Assembly (NCBI GenBank): GCA_964573245.1
Contig: CAZNJA010000010.1
Span: forward strand, 1 to 37,775
Length of the DNA: 37,775 nucleotides
DNA from: an uncultured bacterium
Lineage (GTDB): Bacteria; CAIJMQ01
Reading direction: 5' to 3'
The notes beneath the pieces were generated by a model. That model had not been told where the DNA came from, made no database searches, and was given only the letters and a program-made list of their open reading frames with translations. A program made the position numbers and the translations under genes. The first letter of the stretch is position 1. Each line of letters begins with the position of its first letter. Shown here in pieces: positions 36,768 to 37,775 of this stretch.

Positions 36768-36865
36768 ACTTTAAAATCTCACAATCACATAAAGGCATAA
36801 ACTGCTATCTAAAGGGAAACGTTTTGGTAAAAGAACTAAATTGATATAGAAAATTTCAAAATAGG

Positions 36866-37774
36866 TTATTTTCCAAGAACTGAAATGGTACCGTAAAGGC
36901 TATTTGTTATATATACATAGTTTCCTTCAGGCGTAATAGCTACACCATCCGGCCCATCTCCCACAGAAATAATCCTAATCACTGCATTATCAGAAGTTCT
37001 GATGACTGAGACGGTATTAGAACGATAGTTTGTTACATACACATAGTTTCCATTAGGCGTAACAGCTACGCCTTGAGGAAAATCTCCCACAGAAATAGTG
37101 TTAATCACTGTATTATCAGAAGTCCTGATAACTGAAACGGTATCATCTCCTCTGTTTGTCACATACACATAGTCTCCATTAGATGTAACAGCTATCCCCT
37201 CTGGCCAACCTCCTACAGAAAAAGTCTCAATCACTGTATTATCGGAAGTTCTGATAACTGAAACGGTGGCAGAAAAGTAATTTACTACATACACATAGTT
37301 TCCATTAGGCATAACAGCTATTCCCATTGGCACAATATCTCCCACAAAAATACTATTAATTACATGGTCTGGGTAATCAGCTCCGTCATTACCAACATAG
37401 CCCAGAGCTCTAATCATTAGGTTATAGTTGTTTGAATCTTGACTAAGAGGTCGCCAATATGGTGGTGAACCCGCTGTAAACAAGATCATACTACGCCCAT
37501 TATCTGGATTGGTTGTGTCATACCCTATACTATAGTCTAATGTATATATATCTTCATATAAATAAGAATAACAAAACCCAACATAGAAGCTACCAGAATT
37601 GATTGTTACTTCTTCAGAGGAAATATCTTTCACCCACCATTCATTTTCCGGCACATCATCAGGACTAATCAGAAAAGGGGTATGTAACAAATCTGTTCCC
37701 GGCGCTCCCCCCGAACCGTCATCATCCCAAACATGAAGATAAAACCCACGATTGCTATCTACCTGCTTGAAGTA
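36866..37774 (-). CDS. YVTN/YncE beta-propeller repeat protein (partial; 5' end beyond window)
   Basis: Four ~42-aa repeats VG..P.GIAV.PNG.YVYVTN...TVSVIRTSDN; frame stays open to the window end (YFKQVDSNRGFYLHVWDDDGSGGAPGTDL). Confidence 0.88.
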   Translation of the reverse strand, partial: YFKQVDSNRGFYLHVWDDDGSGGAPGTDLLHTPFLISPDDVPENEWWVKDISSEEVTINSGSFYVGFCYSYLYEDIYTLDYSIGYDTTNPDNGRSMILFTAGSPPYWRPLSQDSNNYNLMIRALGYVGNDGADYPDHVINSIFVGDIVPMGIAVMPNGNYVYVVNYFSATVSVIRTSDNTVIETFSVGGWPEGIAVTSNGDYVYVTNRGDDTVSVIRTSDNTVINTISVGDFPQGVAVTPNGNYVYVTNYRSNTVSVIRTSDNAVIRIISVGDGPDGVAITPEGNYVYITNSLYGTISVLGK

Positions 37775-37775
37775 C

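Overview
A 37.8-kb, AT-rich, densely coding bacterial chromosome segment. It is probably from the PVC superphylum (Omnitrophota/Ratteibacteria-like); this is inferred from protein styles, not proven. It is mostly housekeeping, envelope and accessory genes: the 3' end of a likely comEC followed by a PLD nuclease, an EEP nuclease lipoprotein, HIT, LysM, FmdB, a TolC/MFP/MacB-type ABC exporter with patatin, hldD, pcm, GT2, an LpxL-like acyltransferase, uxaC, GH10, miaA, an ECF sigma/anti-sigma trio, a stand-alone lipoyl domain, PTS IIA, comF, tRNA-Ala(CGC), cspA, a KirBac-like channel, radC, DUF2339, an aldo/keto reductase, a flavin reductase, DUF1624 and a YVTN propeller protein. I found no integrase, transposase, CRISPR array or rRNA. 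The most unusual signals are: (1) a partial tandem copy of tRNA-Ala whose anticodon arm is replaced by a perfect palindrome, lying in the comF leader; (2) a ~650-bp non-coding region (35327-35981) with a tandem ~82-nt repeat, interleaved inverted repeats and two N15-spaced palindromes; (3) a Chlamydia-MOMP-like outer-membrane barrel; (4) a ComEC lacking the MBL domain and coupled to a secreted PLD nuclease; (5) a nuclease-like hypothetical protein ending in a beta-clamp-type motif.
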